From a virus, in the IMG/VR virus record IMGVR_UViG_3300025133_006890, positions 20,035-84,034 of that record: a DNA stretch of 64,000 nucleotides; one strand, written 5' to 3'. Position 1 is the stretch's first letter. Every line of letters begins with the position of its first letter. Below, piece after piece: positions 56,307 through 64,000 of this stretch. The notes beneath the pieces were generated by a model that was not told the origin of the DNA, did not search any database, and saw nothing but the letters and a program-made list of their open reading frames with translations. A program made the translations under genes and the position numbers.

Positions 56307-57895
56307 TGGCAAGAAAACTAACCAAATCAGAAATCAAAAAAGAGATCCTTAAATGTGGTAAGGATCCTGTCTATTTTATTAACAATTATGTAAAAATTAT
56401 CCACCCGATGCGGGGCTTGATCCCTTTTAGTCTTTACCCCTTTCAAGAGGAAGTTGTTAAGGATTTCAAGAAGAATAGGTTTAATATCATTCTCAAGGCC
56501 CGACAGCTTGGTATCTCAACGACAATTTCCGGCTATATTGCTTGGCTTATCTTGTTCCACCGTGGCAAAAATGTCCTTGTCATGGCCACCAAGCTCGACA
56601 CAGCCGGCAATCTAGTTCGTAAAGTGAAACTGGCAATGAAGAGTCTGCCAAAGTGGCTTACGATATCAAAGATCAACATCGACAACAGAAACAACTTTAA
56701 ACTAGACAACCAATCACAAGTAAAGGCAATCTCAACAAGCAGTGACGCCGGCCGTTCAGAGGCGTTGTCGCTGATGGTTATCGATGAAGCTGCCTGGATT
56801 GAGAATATGGACAAGCTGTGGGCAGGATTGAAGCCCACACTAAGCACGGGCGGCGATTGCATAATTGCCTCAACGCCATACGGAGTAGGAAACGCTTTCC
56901 ATAAAATCTTCTCAGATTCGGAGAGACAGATAAACAACTTCAATTCAATTGTTTTACCGTGGGATGTTCACCCAGATCGAGATCAGGAATGGTACGATGA
57001 AGAATGTAGAACGATGTCGGATAGAGAAATTGCTCAAGAGCTTAATTGCAATTTCAATATGTCTGGCCAATCTGTTATTAATTCAGAAGATTTGTTGTGG
57101 ATAAAGGAAGCCATTAGAGAGCCCAAATATAGAACGGGATTCGATAGGAACTTATGGATTTGGGAATCTTATAAGCTTGGTGAGAAATATTTCCTTGTTG
57201 CAGATGTGGCAAGGGGTGATGGTGCAGACAACTCCGCCTTTGTTATCATCAATTCTCGAAACTTAGAGATCGTTGCTGAATATTATGGACAAGTTCCGTC
57301 TGATATGTTTGCTCCCCTAATCAATGAATCGGCGAGAGAATATGGATCATGCCTTGTTGTCATTGAAAACAACAAGGGCGAAGCCGTCATTAATAAGTTG
57401 CGAGATTTAAATTATCCTAACTTGTATTACTCTCGCAAGACTTCACACGAGTATGTTGAGCAGTATGCCGCAGAGGGTCAGAGTCAAGTAATCCCAGGAT
57501 TTTCAATGAGTCAAAAAACTAGACCATTTGTGATTTCAAAACTAGAAGAAGTCATTAGAAACAAGATGCTTAAGACTTATTCGCTAAGGCTTTACACAGA
57601 ACTTGAAACCTTTATTTGGAATCATGGTCGACCTGAAGCTATGCGAGGATATAATGATGATTTGACGATTGCCGTGGCGATTGCTAGTTGGGTTCACGAA
57701 ACGGCTTTAATTAGCAATCAATATGATTTAGAATATAAAATGGCACTTGCTTCGAGCGTTATGACATCCAAGACATCAATGGATACTAAAATCTCTGGCA
57801 TGACGGGATACAGAAAGAAAAATCCATATGGAAATTTACCAAAGAAAAAAGATAAAGATGCGAAGATCATTGGACTTCCATTCTTCCGGGGATAA
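56306..57895 (+). CDS. Terminase large subunit (T4 gp17-like)
   Basis: F.LYPFQ, KARQLGIST (Walker A), VIDEAA (Walker B), ASTPYG, ADVARG.G.D, IENN, NDDL. Confidence 0.95.
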   Translation: MARKLTKSEIKKEILKCGKDPVYFINNYVKIIHPMRGLIPFSLYPFQEEVVKDFKKNRFNIILKARQLGISTTISGYIAWLILFHRGKNVLVMATKLDTAGNLVRKVKLAMKSLPKWLTISKINIDNRNNFKLDNQSQVKAISTSSDAGRSEALSLMVIDEAAWIENMDKLWAGLKPTLSTGGDCIIASTPYGVGNAFHKIFSDSERQINNFNSIVLPWDVHPDRDQEWYDEECRTMSDREIAQELNCNFNMSGQSVINSEDLLWIKEAIREPKYRTGFDRNLWIWESYKLGEKYFLVADVARGDGADNSAFVIINSRNLEIVAEYYGQVPSDMFAPLINESAREYGSCLVVIENNKGEAVINKLRDLNYPNLYYSRKTSHEYVEQYAAEGQSQVIPGFSMSQKTRPFVISKLEEVIRNKMLKTYSLRLYTELETFIWNHGRPEAMRGYNDDLTIAVAIASWVHETALISNQYDLEYKMALASSVMTSKTSMDTKISGMTGYRKKNPYGNLPKKKDKDAKIIGLPFFRG

Positions 57896-57902
57896 TTATA
57901 AT
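57891..57902 (+). promoter_or_regulatory. Putative late promoter before portal (GATAATTATAAT)
   Basis: TAATTA motif overlapping the TerL stop, just upstream of ATG 57905; no SD. Confidence 0.5.
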
Positions 57903-57904
57903 AC

Positions 57905-59935
57905 ATGAGAAACACCACAACATTCTATAAGAATCCTAACAACCCAAGATCAACTCTGTTTAAGAGGCTGACAAAGTTATTGTCAGGCCCGCTGGTTAAC
58001 TACCGCCAACAGCAAGTACACAGAGATAGGCGACATCGATTAGACAAATACGCTAAAAAGTTTAAGTCTGCTTCGGGACAGCAGTTCCGAAAGAAATCAT
58101 ATAACCCTTATGATAACTTGACCGCCAACAGAATGGTCAACCAGAATAGAGCTGAAAGATATTTGGATTTTGACCAGATGGAGTACGATCCAGTCCTTAG
58201 TTCTGCAATGGATATTTATGCCGACGAGATTACAACACACAACGAGTTCGGCGACTTGCTAACCATTGATTGTGCCAACGAAGAAATCAAAGCAATTCTC
58301 CATTCTCTATTCTATAAAGTATTAAACGTTGAATTCAACCTATACAACTGGGCAAGAACCATGATCAAATATGGTGACTTCTTTATGTATCTAGACATCG
58401 ACGATGATATGGGAGTCAAGTCGGCTATTGGCCTGCCAGCCCCCGAGATTGAGAGAATGGAGGGCGAAGACCCTTCCAATCCAAATTACGTCCAATTCCA
58501 GTGGAATAGCGCTGGTTTAACTCTTGAGAATTGGCAAATCGCACACTTTAGAATTCTAGGTAATGATAAATATTCTCCATATGGAGTCAGCGCTTTGGAC
58601 CCCGCACGCCGCGTGTGGAGGCAGTTGAGCTTATTAGAGGATGCGATGATGGCTTATCGTATCGTAAGGGCACCCGACCGTCGTGTGTTCTATATTGATG
58701 TGGGTGGCATTGCGGCCGAAGACATTGAAGAGTTCATGCAAAAAACGATTACCTCTATGAAACGGCATCAGGTTGTAGACCCCGACAAAGGACAGGTTGA
58801 TCTTAGATACAATCCCGCTTCCATCGAGGAGGACTATTTTATTCCAGTCCATGGCGGCATCAGCAACACCAAGATTGATACGCTTCAGGGCACAAGCTGG
58901 GCAGGCGACACTGACGACGTTCAATACCTTTTGAACAAGTTGTTTGCAGCAATTAAGATTCCAATGTCATATCTGATTCGTGGCGAAGGCGGCGACGAAG
59001 ACAAAACAACATTGGCCCAAAAGGATGTTAGGTTTGCTAGAACGATTCAAAGGTTGCAGAGGTCGTTGATTTCTGAGTTGGAAAAGATTTCAATTATCCA
59101 CCTGTATACGATTGGATTTCGCGGTGATGACTTAACTTCGTTTAAGTTAAAACTATACAACCCTTCTAAGATTGCACAACTACAAGAGATGGAACATCTT
59201 AGAACAAAGCTAGAGCTTGCACAGAGCGCGAAGGATTCATTCTTCAGTGGTCGTTGGATTGCCGAGAATATTCTTGATATAACAAAAGAAGATTTCCTTA
59301 GAAATCAAAGAGAGCGTTATTATGATGCGAAAGTCCAAGCTTCCATTGAAGCAGTTGCTGCTGTTACCGGAGAAGGTGCTGGTATGGGCGAGCTTGGTGC
59401 CATGGGAGGCGGCTTCGAAGAGGGTGAACTCGGTGATATCGGTGGAGAAATGGACCTTGGCGGAGAAGAGGAAGTTGATATGGGAGGCGGCGGCGAAGCT
59501 CCTGACGCCGGAGGCGGGTTTGAAGGCTTAATGGCAACTCCCGGCGAAGCTGGTCCCGCAGCTAAGCGAGATGATGACGCTAATGGGTGGGAATGGAAGA
59601 AAACCAGAAAGGTTGGCGCAGATGGAAAAATTCACACCATAACAGACAAGTCAAAAGGAAAGTGGTACAATCCCGTGACAACGGACAAGAGAGACATGGG
59701 AGCTAGAAAAAAGAATATGCTTTCTCAAGGCGGCTCTCGCCAGGGCGGAAGAAAGAAAACCCATCCAGGCTACCACGCCTTAACTAGTTTAAGCAAGGGT
59801 ACTATTTCAGAATCTAAAGCTACTTATAATAACATGGTAACGGAAAGAAAGTTAATTAATACGAACAACGAAGTTGAAAAGCTTTTAGATAGCCTGGAGA
59901 GCATAAATGATGACAATGCAGAAGAAAAAAATTAA
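57905..59935 (+). CDS. Portal protein (T4 gp20-like) with low-complexity C-terminal extension
   Basis: A.DIYADE, L.LLEDAMMAYRIVRAPDRRVFYIDVG, EDYFIP, I.TL.G, AL.IP.SYL-like, RFARTIQRLQ. Confidence 0.95.
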   Translation: MRNTTTFYKNPNNPRSTLFKRLTKLLSGPLVNYRQQQVHRDRRHRLDKYAKKFKSASGQQFRKKSYNPYDNLTANRMVNQNRAERYLDFDQMEYDPVLSSAMDIYADEITTHNEFGDLLTIDCANEEIKAILHSLFYKVLNVEFNLYNWARTMIKYGDFFMYLDIDDDMGVKSAIGLPAPEIERMEGEDPSNPNYVQFQWNSAGLTLENWQIAHFRILGNDKYSPYGVSALDPARRVWRQLSLLEDAMMAYRIVRAPDRRVFYIDVGGIAAEDIEEFMQKTITSMKRHQVVDPDKGQVDLRYNPASIEEDYFIPVHGGISNTKIDTLQGTSWAGDTDDVQYLLNKLFAAIKIPMSYLIRGEGGDEDKTTLAQKDVRFARTIQRLQRSLISELEKISIIHLYTIGFRGDDLTSFKLKLYNPSKIAQLQEMEHLRTKLELAQSAKDSFFSGRWIAENILDITKEDFLRNQRERYYDAKVQASIEAVAAVTGEGAGMGELGAMGGGFEEGELGDIGGEMDLGGEEEVDMGGGGEAPDAGGGFEGLMATPGEAGPAAKRDDDANGWEWKKTRKVGADGKIHTITDKSKGKWYNPVTTDKRDMGARKKNMLSQGGSRQGGRKKTHPGYHALTSLSKGTISESKATYNNMVTERKLINTNNEVEKLLDSLESINDDNAEEKN

Positions 59936-60761
59936 GAGCAGCCATAATAAAAAGAGAAATACTGCGTTTCTTTTTGAAGCTCTGGTAAAAGAACTTTCAA
60001 AAGCAGTTGTCTCAGACGATGAGCGGAAGAAAAAAGCAGTATCTAAAATAATTAAAGAGCATTTTTCTAAGGGTAGCATTTTATACAAAGAGCTGAGCTT
60101 ATATCGACAATTGTATGAGTCGAACGATTTGAATCAGGCAGACGCAGAGAGGATTCTACAAGAAGTCCGCCGCGTTTATGCTGGTTTGGCACAACCAAAC
60201 ATCTTTGCAGCCCAAAGCAAGCTAATTTCCCAAGTAAACAAGACCGTCACACCGAAGGTGTTTGGCAATTTTGTTCCAAACTACAAGGCTATTGCTACGA
60301 TAGCTCAAATATTTGACGATAAGGTGCCAATTAAGAGCCGAGTTATCCTAGAAGGTAAGATGATTCGTCAGATGTCATCCCCAAAAAATCAATCTGTGCT
60401 TAAAACCCCCGCCGTGAACACAACTACTTTGAAAATATTTGCCAAAAAGTTTAATGAGACTTACGGGCATCTGCACGAAGAGCAGAGAACCTTGTTGTTC
60501 AAGTATATTAATTCTGTTTCAGACGGCGGCCTCCAATTGAAGGTTTTTCTAAACGAGGAAATCCCCAGACTAAAGGAAGAGTTGACAAAAGCGAAGGTTG
60601 TTGAGGAAATTGAGTCTGACAAGTCGATGGTCAAAAAGACTGATAAAGTTATTGAAACGCTAGACGGGTTTAAGGGGCAGTTCATGACGGAAGATGTTCT
60701 TAAGAAGGTTCTGAAGATTCAAGATCTTGTAAGGGAGATCAGCATAGATGCAGATAGTTGA
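59907..60761 (+). CDS. Hypothetical head-region protein
   Basis: HNKKRNTAFLFEAL; VPNYK.IATI; start may be 59916. Confidence 0.75.
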   Translation: MMTMQKKKIKSSHNKKRNTAFLFEALVKELSKAVVSDDERKKKAVSKIIKEHFSKGSILYKELSLYRQLYESNDLNQADAERILQEVRRVYAGLAQPNIFAAQSKLISQVNKTVTPKVFGNFVPNYKAIATIAQIFDDKVPIKSRVILEGKMIRQMSSPKNQSVLKTPAVNTTTLKIFAKKFNETYGHLHEEQRTLLFKYINSVSDGGLQLKVFLNEEIPRLKEELTKAKVVEEIESDKSMVKKTDKVIETLDGFKGQFMTEDVLKKVLKIQDLVREISIDADS

Positions 60762-61362
60762 AGAAGGTGGCGTTAAACTTATTATTGCTTCGGATCCGGT
60801 AGAAGTACCAGAAACGGATCAACAGATATCTTTTAGCGTAAATGTCAAAAACAGCAAGCCTTTGAAGATAAAGATCAAAGAGCCAATTCGTATTTATTTA
60901 AATATGAGGCGATCTCTCGACGGTCATTATATGATTTTTGATCACCCGCTATATGATATTGTGATCATGCCAAAGAAAAATAAGATTGCGACTTTCTCCA
61001 AAAAGGATGTGACCATTGATCCTTATGGATATCAAGATCGGCTGTTTGATTATTTGAGAAGAAAGGGGCTTATTAAACCAGAAACAATTCAAGGTGGTTC
61101 TGTGTTTGGCTCCTTTGAAGCTTCGTACCCGATCAACAATAAGATCGATACAATCCAAGCAATCTTCCTGTCTCTGTATTCATTTTTGAAAGATGAAACA
61201 AAAGACATGAGAAAGGTGCTTGATTATGAACATGACATTGACGATATGTATGTAAATCCGGATGATGAAGATTCGACAGAGCTTGGAGAAGTGCCACAAG
61301 CAAAGAAGAAGGGCTCAATAGATAACTCATCCCAACCATATGGTTTGATTTACAGGATCTAA
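60748..61362 (+). CDS. Hypothetical head-region protein
   Basis: 204-aa ORF; P..EDSTELGEVP...KKGSI. Confidence 0.75.
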   Translation: MQIVEEGGVKLIIASDPVEVPETDQQISFSVNVKNSKPLKIKIKEPIRIYLNMRRSLDGHYMIFDHPLYDIVIMPKKNKIATFSKKDVTIDPYGYQDRLFDYLRRKGLIKPETIQGGSVFGSFEASYPINNKIDTIQAIFLSLYSFLKDETKDMRKVLDYEHDIDDMYVNPDDEDSTELGEVPQAKKKGSIDNSSQPYGLIYRI

Positions 61363-61674
61363 ATGTTAAGCCTAATATACTTCATATTATCAACAGCTGG
61401 AATGACTTGGATTCTTGTCAACGGCCACATATTCAGCAAGATAAGGCCGAAACATGAGTTCTTTCATTGTAGTGCTTGTGTTGGCTTCCATGTGGGCTGG
61501 CTAGTTTGCTTACTTTCTCAGTTTACAGCACTAATTACAATAGAGTTGTGCGTAGTGAACTTATTGCTCTGCGCGTGCATAAGCACAATCACGAGCTATT
61601 ATATAGATAAGCTTGTTGGCGACGATGGGATTAATGTGAATTATGAAAATTCAAGAATTGAAGAATCTGATTGA
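61363..61674 (+). CDS. Small membrane protein with CxxC
   Basis: Hydrophobic helices; IF..IR, FHCSACVGFHVG. Confidence 0.7.
   Translation: MLSLIYFILSTAGMTWILVNGHIFSKIRPKHEFFHCSACVGFHVGWLVCLLSQFTALITIELCVVNLLLCACISTITSYYIDKLVGDDGINVNYENSRIEESD
61530..61541 (+). promoter_or_regulatory. Putative late promoter ACTAATTACAAT
   Basis: Motif variant ~110 nt upstream of 61643. Confidence 0.4.
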
Positions 61675-62092
61675 AGAAGAGCTTATTAGAGCTATGATCA
61701 CAGAAGAGATTGGATTCTCTAGCAACGATACTGCCGAGTGGGGCAACTTTTATACAAGCGGCAATGGACTTGAAATCACTCTACCGTTGGCCGAAATGTC
61801 CAACGGCTCATGGCCAATGTTGGAGTTAACTTCCGAAATGGTGGGACAATTAACAGACTTTTTGGAATCCCATTTCCAGTTTAGCGAGGCTGGCGATTTA
61901 GAATTGACCAAAGACCCCAACATTCTGCATCGTTCGGAAATGATTTTAGATGAAGTTGTGGTTGAAATGGAATCGGGCGGCAATCTTACTTTTGCTGCAA
62001 ATAAAGACGAAGAATTCACAGATTCAATTGTAGTGAATTTGGTATTTGATGAGGTATATAAGTTATATACATTTATAAGGGGTAAATTATGA
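61643..62092 (+). CDS. Acidic hypothetical protein with MKI..LIEEE leader
   Basis: MKIQELKNLIEEELIRAMITEE. Confidence 0.75.
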   Translation: MKIQELKNLIEEELIRAMITEEIGFSSNDTAEWGNFYTSGNGLEITLPLAEMSNGSWPMLELTSEMVGQLTDFLESHFQFSEAGDLELTKDPNILHRSEMILDEVVVEMESGGNLTFAANKDEEFTDSIVVNLVFDEVYKLYTFIRGKL

Positions 62093-62172
62093 GTAATCTA
62101 AGCGGCATTAATGTTGTTATTGAAAACCGATGGTTTTTGAGACCACCGACGCTTTGTTGTAAAGGGAAGTGA
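62089..62172 (+). other. 27-codon mini-ORF, probably the displaced 3' end of the 61363 gene
   Basis: MSNLSGINVVIENRWFLRPPTLCCKGK*; GINVVIEN echoes GINVNYEN at 61627-61650. Confidence 0.45.
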
Positions 62173-62177
62173 CGACT

Positions 62178-62792
62178 ATGGAAGATAAGAAATATCTATT
62201 GAGGGAATATTATGCATTGTGTGAAGGCGGTGTTTGTAAGGATCTGTTGACAGAAGAGCAGAAGCTCGATGTCAAAGAGAATAATGCTATGTATTTAACA
62301 GGTGTTATTCAAAAAGCAGACGAACTCAACGGCAATGGCCGCAAGTATCCTGAGAAAGTTTTGATGAGAGAAATGAAGAACTATCAGAAATTGATCAACG
62401 AAAACAGAGCGTTAGGCGAGTGCGACCATCCAGAAACGTCCGTTGTTGAACTCAAAAATGTGAGCCATATGCTAACCAAATATTGGACAGAAGGCAAGAA
62501 CGTAATGGGAACAATCAAGCTGCTTGAAACACCAATGGGCAAGCTTCTCAGATCGCTCGTCGAATCAGGCGTTCAGCTTGGCATTTCATCAAGAGGTTTA
62601 GGATCTGTTAAAGAAGTGAATGGCGAAACCATCGTTGAAGACGACTATCAAATCGTTTGCTACGATGTGGTTTCAGATCCTTCAACAACTGGAGCTTTTA
62701 TGAGCTTGGCAGAAAATAAGATGCCACCAAACAAGGTCTTTTCAAAGGCCGACCGCATCAACCGCAAACTGAATGCGATATTGGATGATTAA
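62178..62792 (+). CDS. Prohead core protease (T4 gp21-like)
   Basis: N.NGRKYP, ALGECDHP, VSH, TPMG, GISSRGLGS, D.VSDPST.GA. Confidence 0.95.
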   Translation: MEDKKYLLREYYALCEGGVCKDLLTEEQKLDVKENNAMYLTGVIQKADELNGNGRKYPEKVLMREMKNYQKLINENRALGECDHPETSVVELKNVSHMLTKYWTEGKNVMGTIKLLETPMGKLLRSLVESGVQLGISSRGLGSVKEVNGETIVEDDYQIVCYDVVSDPSTTGAFMSLAENKMPPNKVFSKADRINRKLNAILDD

Positions 62793-63245
62793 ATGAAACT
62801 AAGCAAATCACAACTAAGAGAAATGATCAAACCAATGGTCAAAGAGGCAATCAATGAAGTATTGTTGGAACAGGGAGTTCTGTCCACAATCATTTCAGAA
62901 ATCGTGGTTGGCCTGAATAAGAACGTTATTGTCGAGCAACAGCAGGATCGGGCCATTAATCAGGCCAAAGTGGCCCAATCACCCCAGCCAGCCCAGCCCG
63001 GTCAACCAGACCCTCTAACCGAGCGAATGAACAAGATGAAGCTGGAAAGAAAGGCGATGCTAGATAGGATTGGTAATTCTTCAATCGGAGGTGTAAACAT
63101 CTTCGAAGGTACGACGCCAGCCCTGGAAGACCCGACAGCGGGTGATCCATTAGGTGGGCAAGACCCCAACGACCCGGGCGTTAATATTGATGGATTGCTT
63201 GGTTTGGTCGGAAACAAATGGAAGAATAGTCTAGTTACTAAGTAG
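62793..63245 (+). CDS. Head-region protein with MKLSKSQLREMI leader
   Basis: MKLSKSQLREMIKPMVKEAINEVLLE; N.FEGT.P; DPGV.I. Confidence 0.8.
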   Translation: MKLSKSQLREMIKPMVKEAINEVLLEQGVLSTIISEIVVGLNKNVIVEQQQDRAINQAKVAQSPQPAQPGQPDPLTERMNKMKLERKAMLDRIGNSSIGGVNIFEGTTPALEDPTAGDPLGGQDPNDPGVNIDGLLGLVGNKWKNSLVTK

Positions 63246-63253
63246 GAAATAAA

Positions 63254-63454
63254 ATGGCAATCAATGTTCAAGTAAAGGCAAGATATAATGAAAGTCCGGA
63301 GAGACTAATCAGAAGGTTTAGTAAAAAGGTTAGAAAAGAGGGCGTCATAGACGACATAAAAAGCAAAATGTATTATGAAAAACCTTCCATCAAACGCAGG
63401 CGTAAAGAGGCCCGAAGTAGATTCCTTCGAACTTTAAAAACGGAGAATAAATAA
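63254..63454 (+). CDS. rpsU: Phage-encoded ribosomal protein bS21
   Basis: V.V...ES.ERLIRRF.KKV.KEG...DI.....YEKPS.KRRRK. Confidence 0.9.
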   Translation: MAINVQVKARYNESPERLIRRFSKKVRKEGVIDDIKSKMYYEKPSIKRRRKEARSRFLRTLKTENK

Positions 63455-63457
63455 GCA

Positions 63458-63922
63458 ATGGTAAATACACCAAATTTTAGACATTATGTAGCGGGATTAA
63501 ACTCCGTTGGTTCATACCAGATGAGCGGTATTCCATATGCCTCTTCGTCTATTTCTATTGGAAACTCAGGAGAATCTGCCTATAAGGTTGAATTCCCCTA
63601 TGTTTCTAGAACTGTAACTGTTCGTAACGATCTAGCAACCGCATCTGCCGATACTGCTTTGCGCGTAGGCTTTAGTGAGAACGGCGTTAAAGACGCTGAA
63701 GGCAATAAGTATTATTTCGTCTTAACCAATGGCGAATCATATACAGGTGAGTGGAGAATCGAGGATTTATATTTGCTTAGCGATAGCCCCACTGCTGGCA
63801 TTACCGCTTCTGTTATCGCATCGTTGACTGGCATCCCGACAGGTTCAGTCCCCGGCATTAGTGACGGAACAGATCCGGAAGGCACTGCCGATAACTGGTC
63901 GGGTTCAATTGGTATTGGATAA
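63458..63922 (+). CDS. Putative virion protein
   Basis: GL..VGSYQ.SG.PY; F P.V...V.V; five [ST][GAS]S motifs; head-gene context. Confidence 0.65.
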   Translation: MVNTPNFRHYVAGLNSVGSYQMSGIPYASSSISIGNSGESAYKVEFPYVSRTVTVRNDLATASADTALRVGFSENGVKDAEGNKYYFVLTNGESYTGEWRIEDLYLLSDSPTAGITASVIASLTGIPTGSVPGISDGTDPEGTADNWSGSIGIG

Positions 63923-63926
63923 AAAA

Positions 63927-64000
63927 ATGAAAGTAAACAAAAAACTATTAATGAGAGTTATCAAAGAAGAAGTTGAAAGTTACTTTGAAGAAGAGGGATT
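63927..64000 (+). CDS. 5' end of a protein with MKV..VIKEE leader (truncated by window edge)
   Basis: MKVNKKLLMRVIKEEVESYFEEEG... Confidence 0.65.
   Translation, partial: MKVNKKLLMRVIKEEVESYFEEEG

Larger units (their letters stand above)
1..64000 (+). other. Segment of a large T4-like (jumbo) myophage genome
   Basis: TerL, gp20-like portal, gp21-like protease, gp25, gp6, gp55-like sigma, primase, gp46/47-like fusion and bS21 are co-oriented with almost no intergenic DNA; no host housekeeping operons or integrase seen. Confidence 0.95.

Noticed and set aside
590-62793. Stop-codon reassignment or programmed read-through suggested by in-frame TAA-ATG junctions
   Set aside because: Conserved proteins are full length under code 11; TAA, TAG and TGA all end genes; several junctions join unrelated proteins (e.g. 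GT4/Gmd), so translational coupling explains them
278-63271. Numerous minus-strand and nested plus-strand ORFs in the track (e.g. 40231-40734, 35213-35716, 7940-8419)
   Set aside because: All overlap longer plus-strand genes with recognisable motifs; they are antisense or frame shadows, especially over the low-complexity AKE repeat
1-64000. tRNA, rRNA, group I/II introns, inteins, DGR template/variable repeats
   Set aside because: No tRNA-like arms seen in the few gaps; TerL, primase, portal and protease are uninterrupted; the resolvase duplicate differs at all base types (not adenine-specific) and no reverse transcriptase is present

Overview
This window is a 64-kb, entirely plus-strand, gene-dense segment of a large T4-like (jumbo/'huge') myophage using the standard genetic code. 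It has four parts. (1) 1-18.0 kb: a ~22-gene glycan biosynthesis/modification cluster (Gmd, GT2/GT4 glycosyltransferases, methyltransferases, HAD/nucleotidyltransferase fusions, a kinase, two Pol-beta-fold transferases, a deacetylase-like protein, NeuA, NeuB, an epimerase, a GDPD-like protein). (2) 19-48 kb: a gp55-like late sigma factor followed by baseplate/tail genes (spike, gp25, gp6, very large virion proteins). (3) 48-55.4 kb: RuvC-like resolvase, primase, an Mre11-Rad50 fusion and a probable lysis trio. (4) 56-64 kb: large terminase, portal, prohead protease and ribosomal protein bS21. The most notable observations are: a strongly enriched [S/T]-[G/A/S]-S tripeptide confined to a subset of probable virion proteins next to the glycan cluster (candidate glycosylation sequon system); six unrelated ORFs sharing an N-terminal MK(I/L/V)...L..(I/V)I.EE leader (candidate capsid-targeting signal), two of which sit between duplicated pieces of neighbouring genes as if recently inserted; a recurrent TAATTA late-promoter motif; and a leaderless sigma70 promoter for primase embedded in a perfect 10-bp inverted repeat that could occlude the start codon in read-through transcripts. 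All assignments come from motif recognition by eye; no database searches were run.
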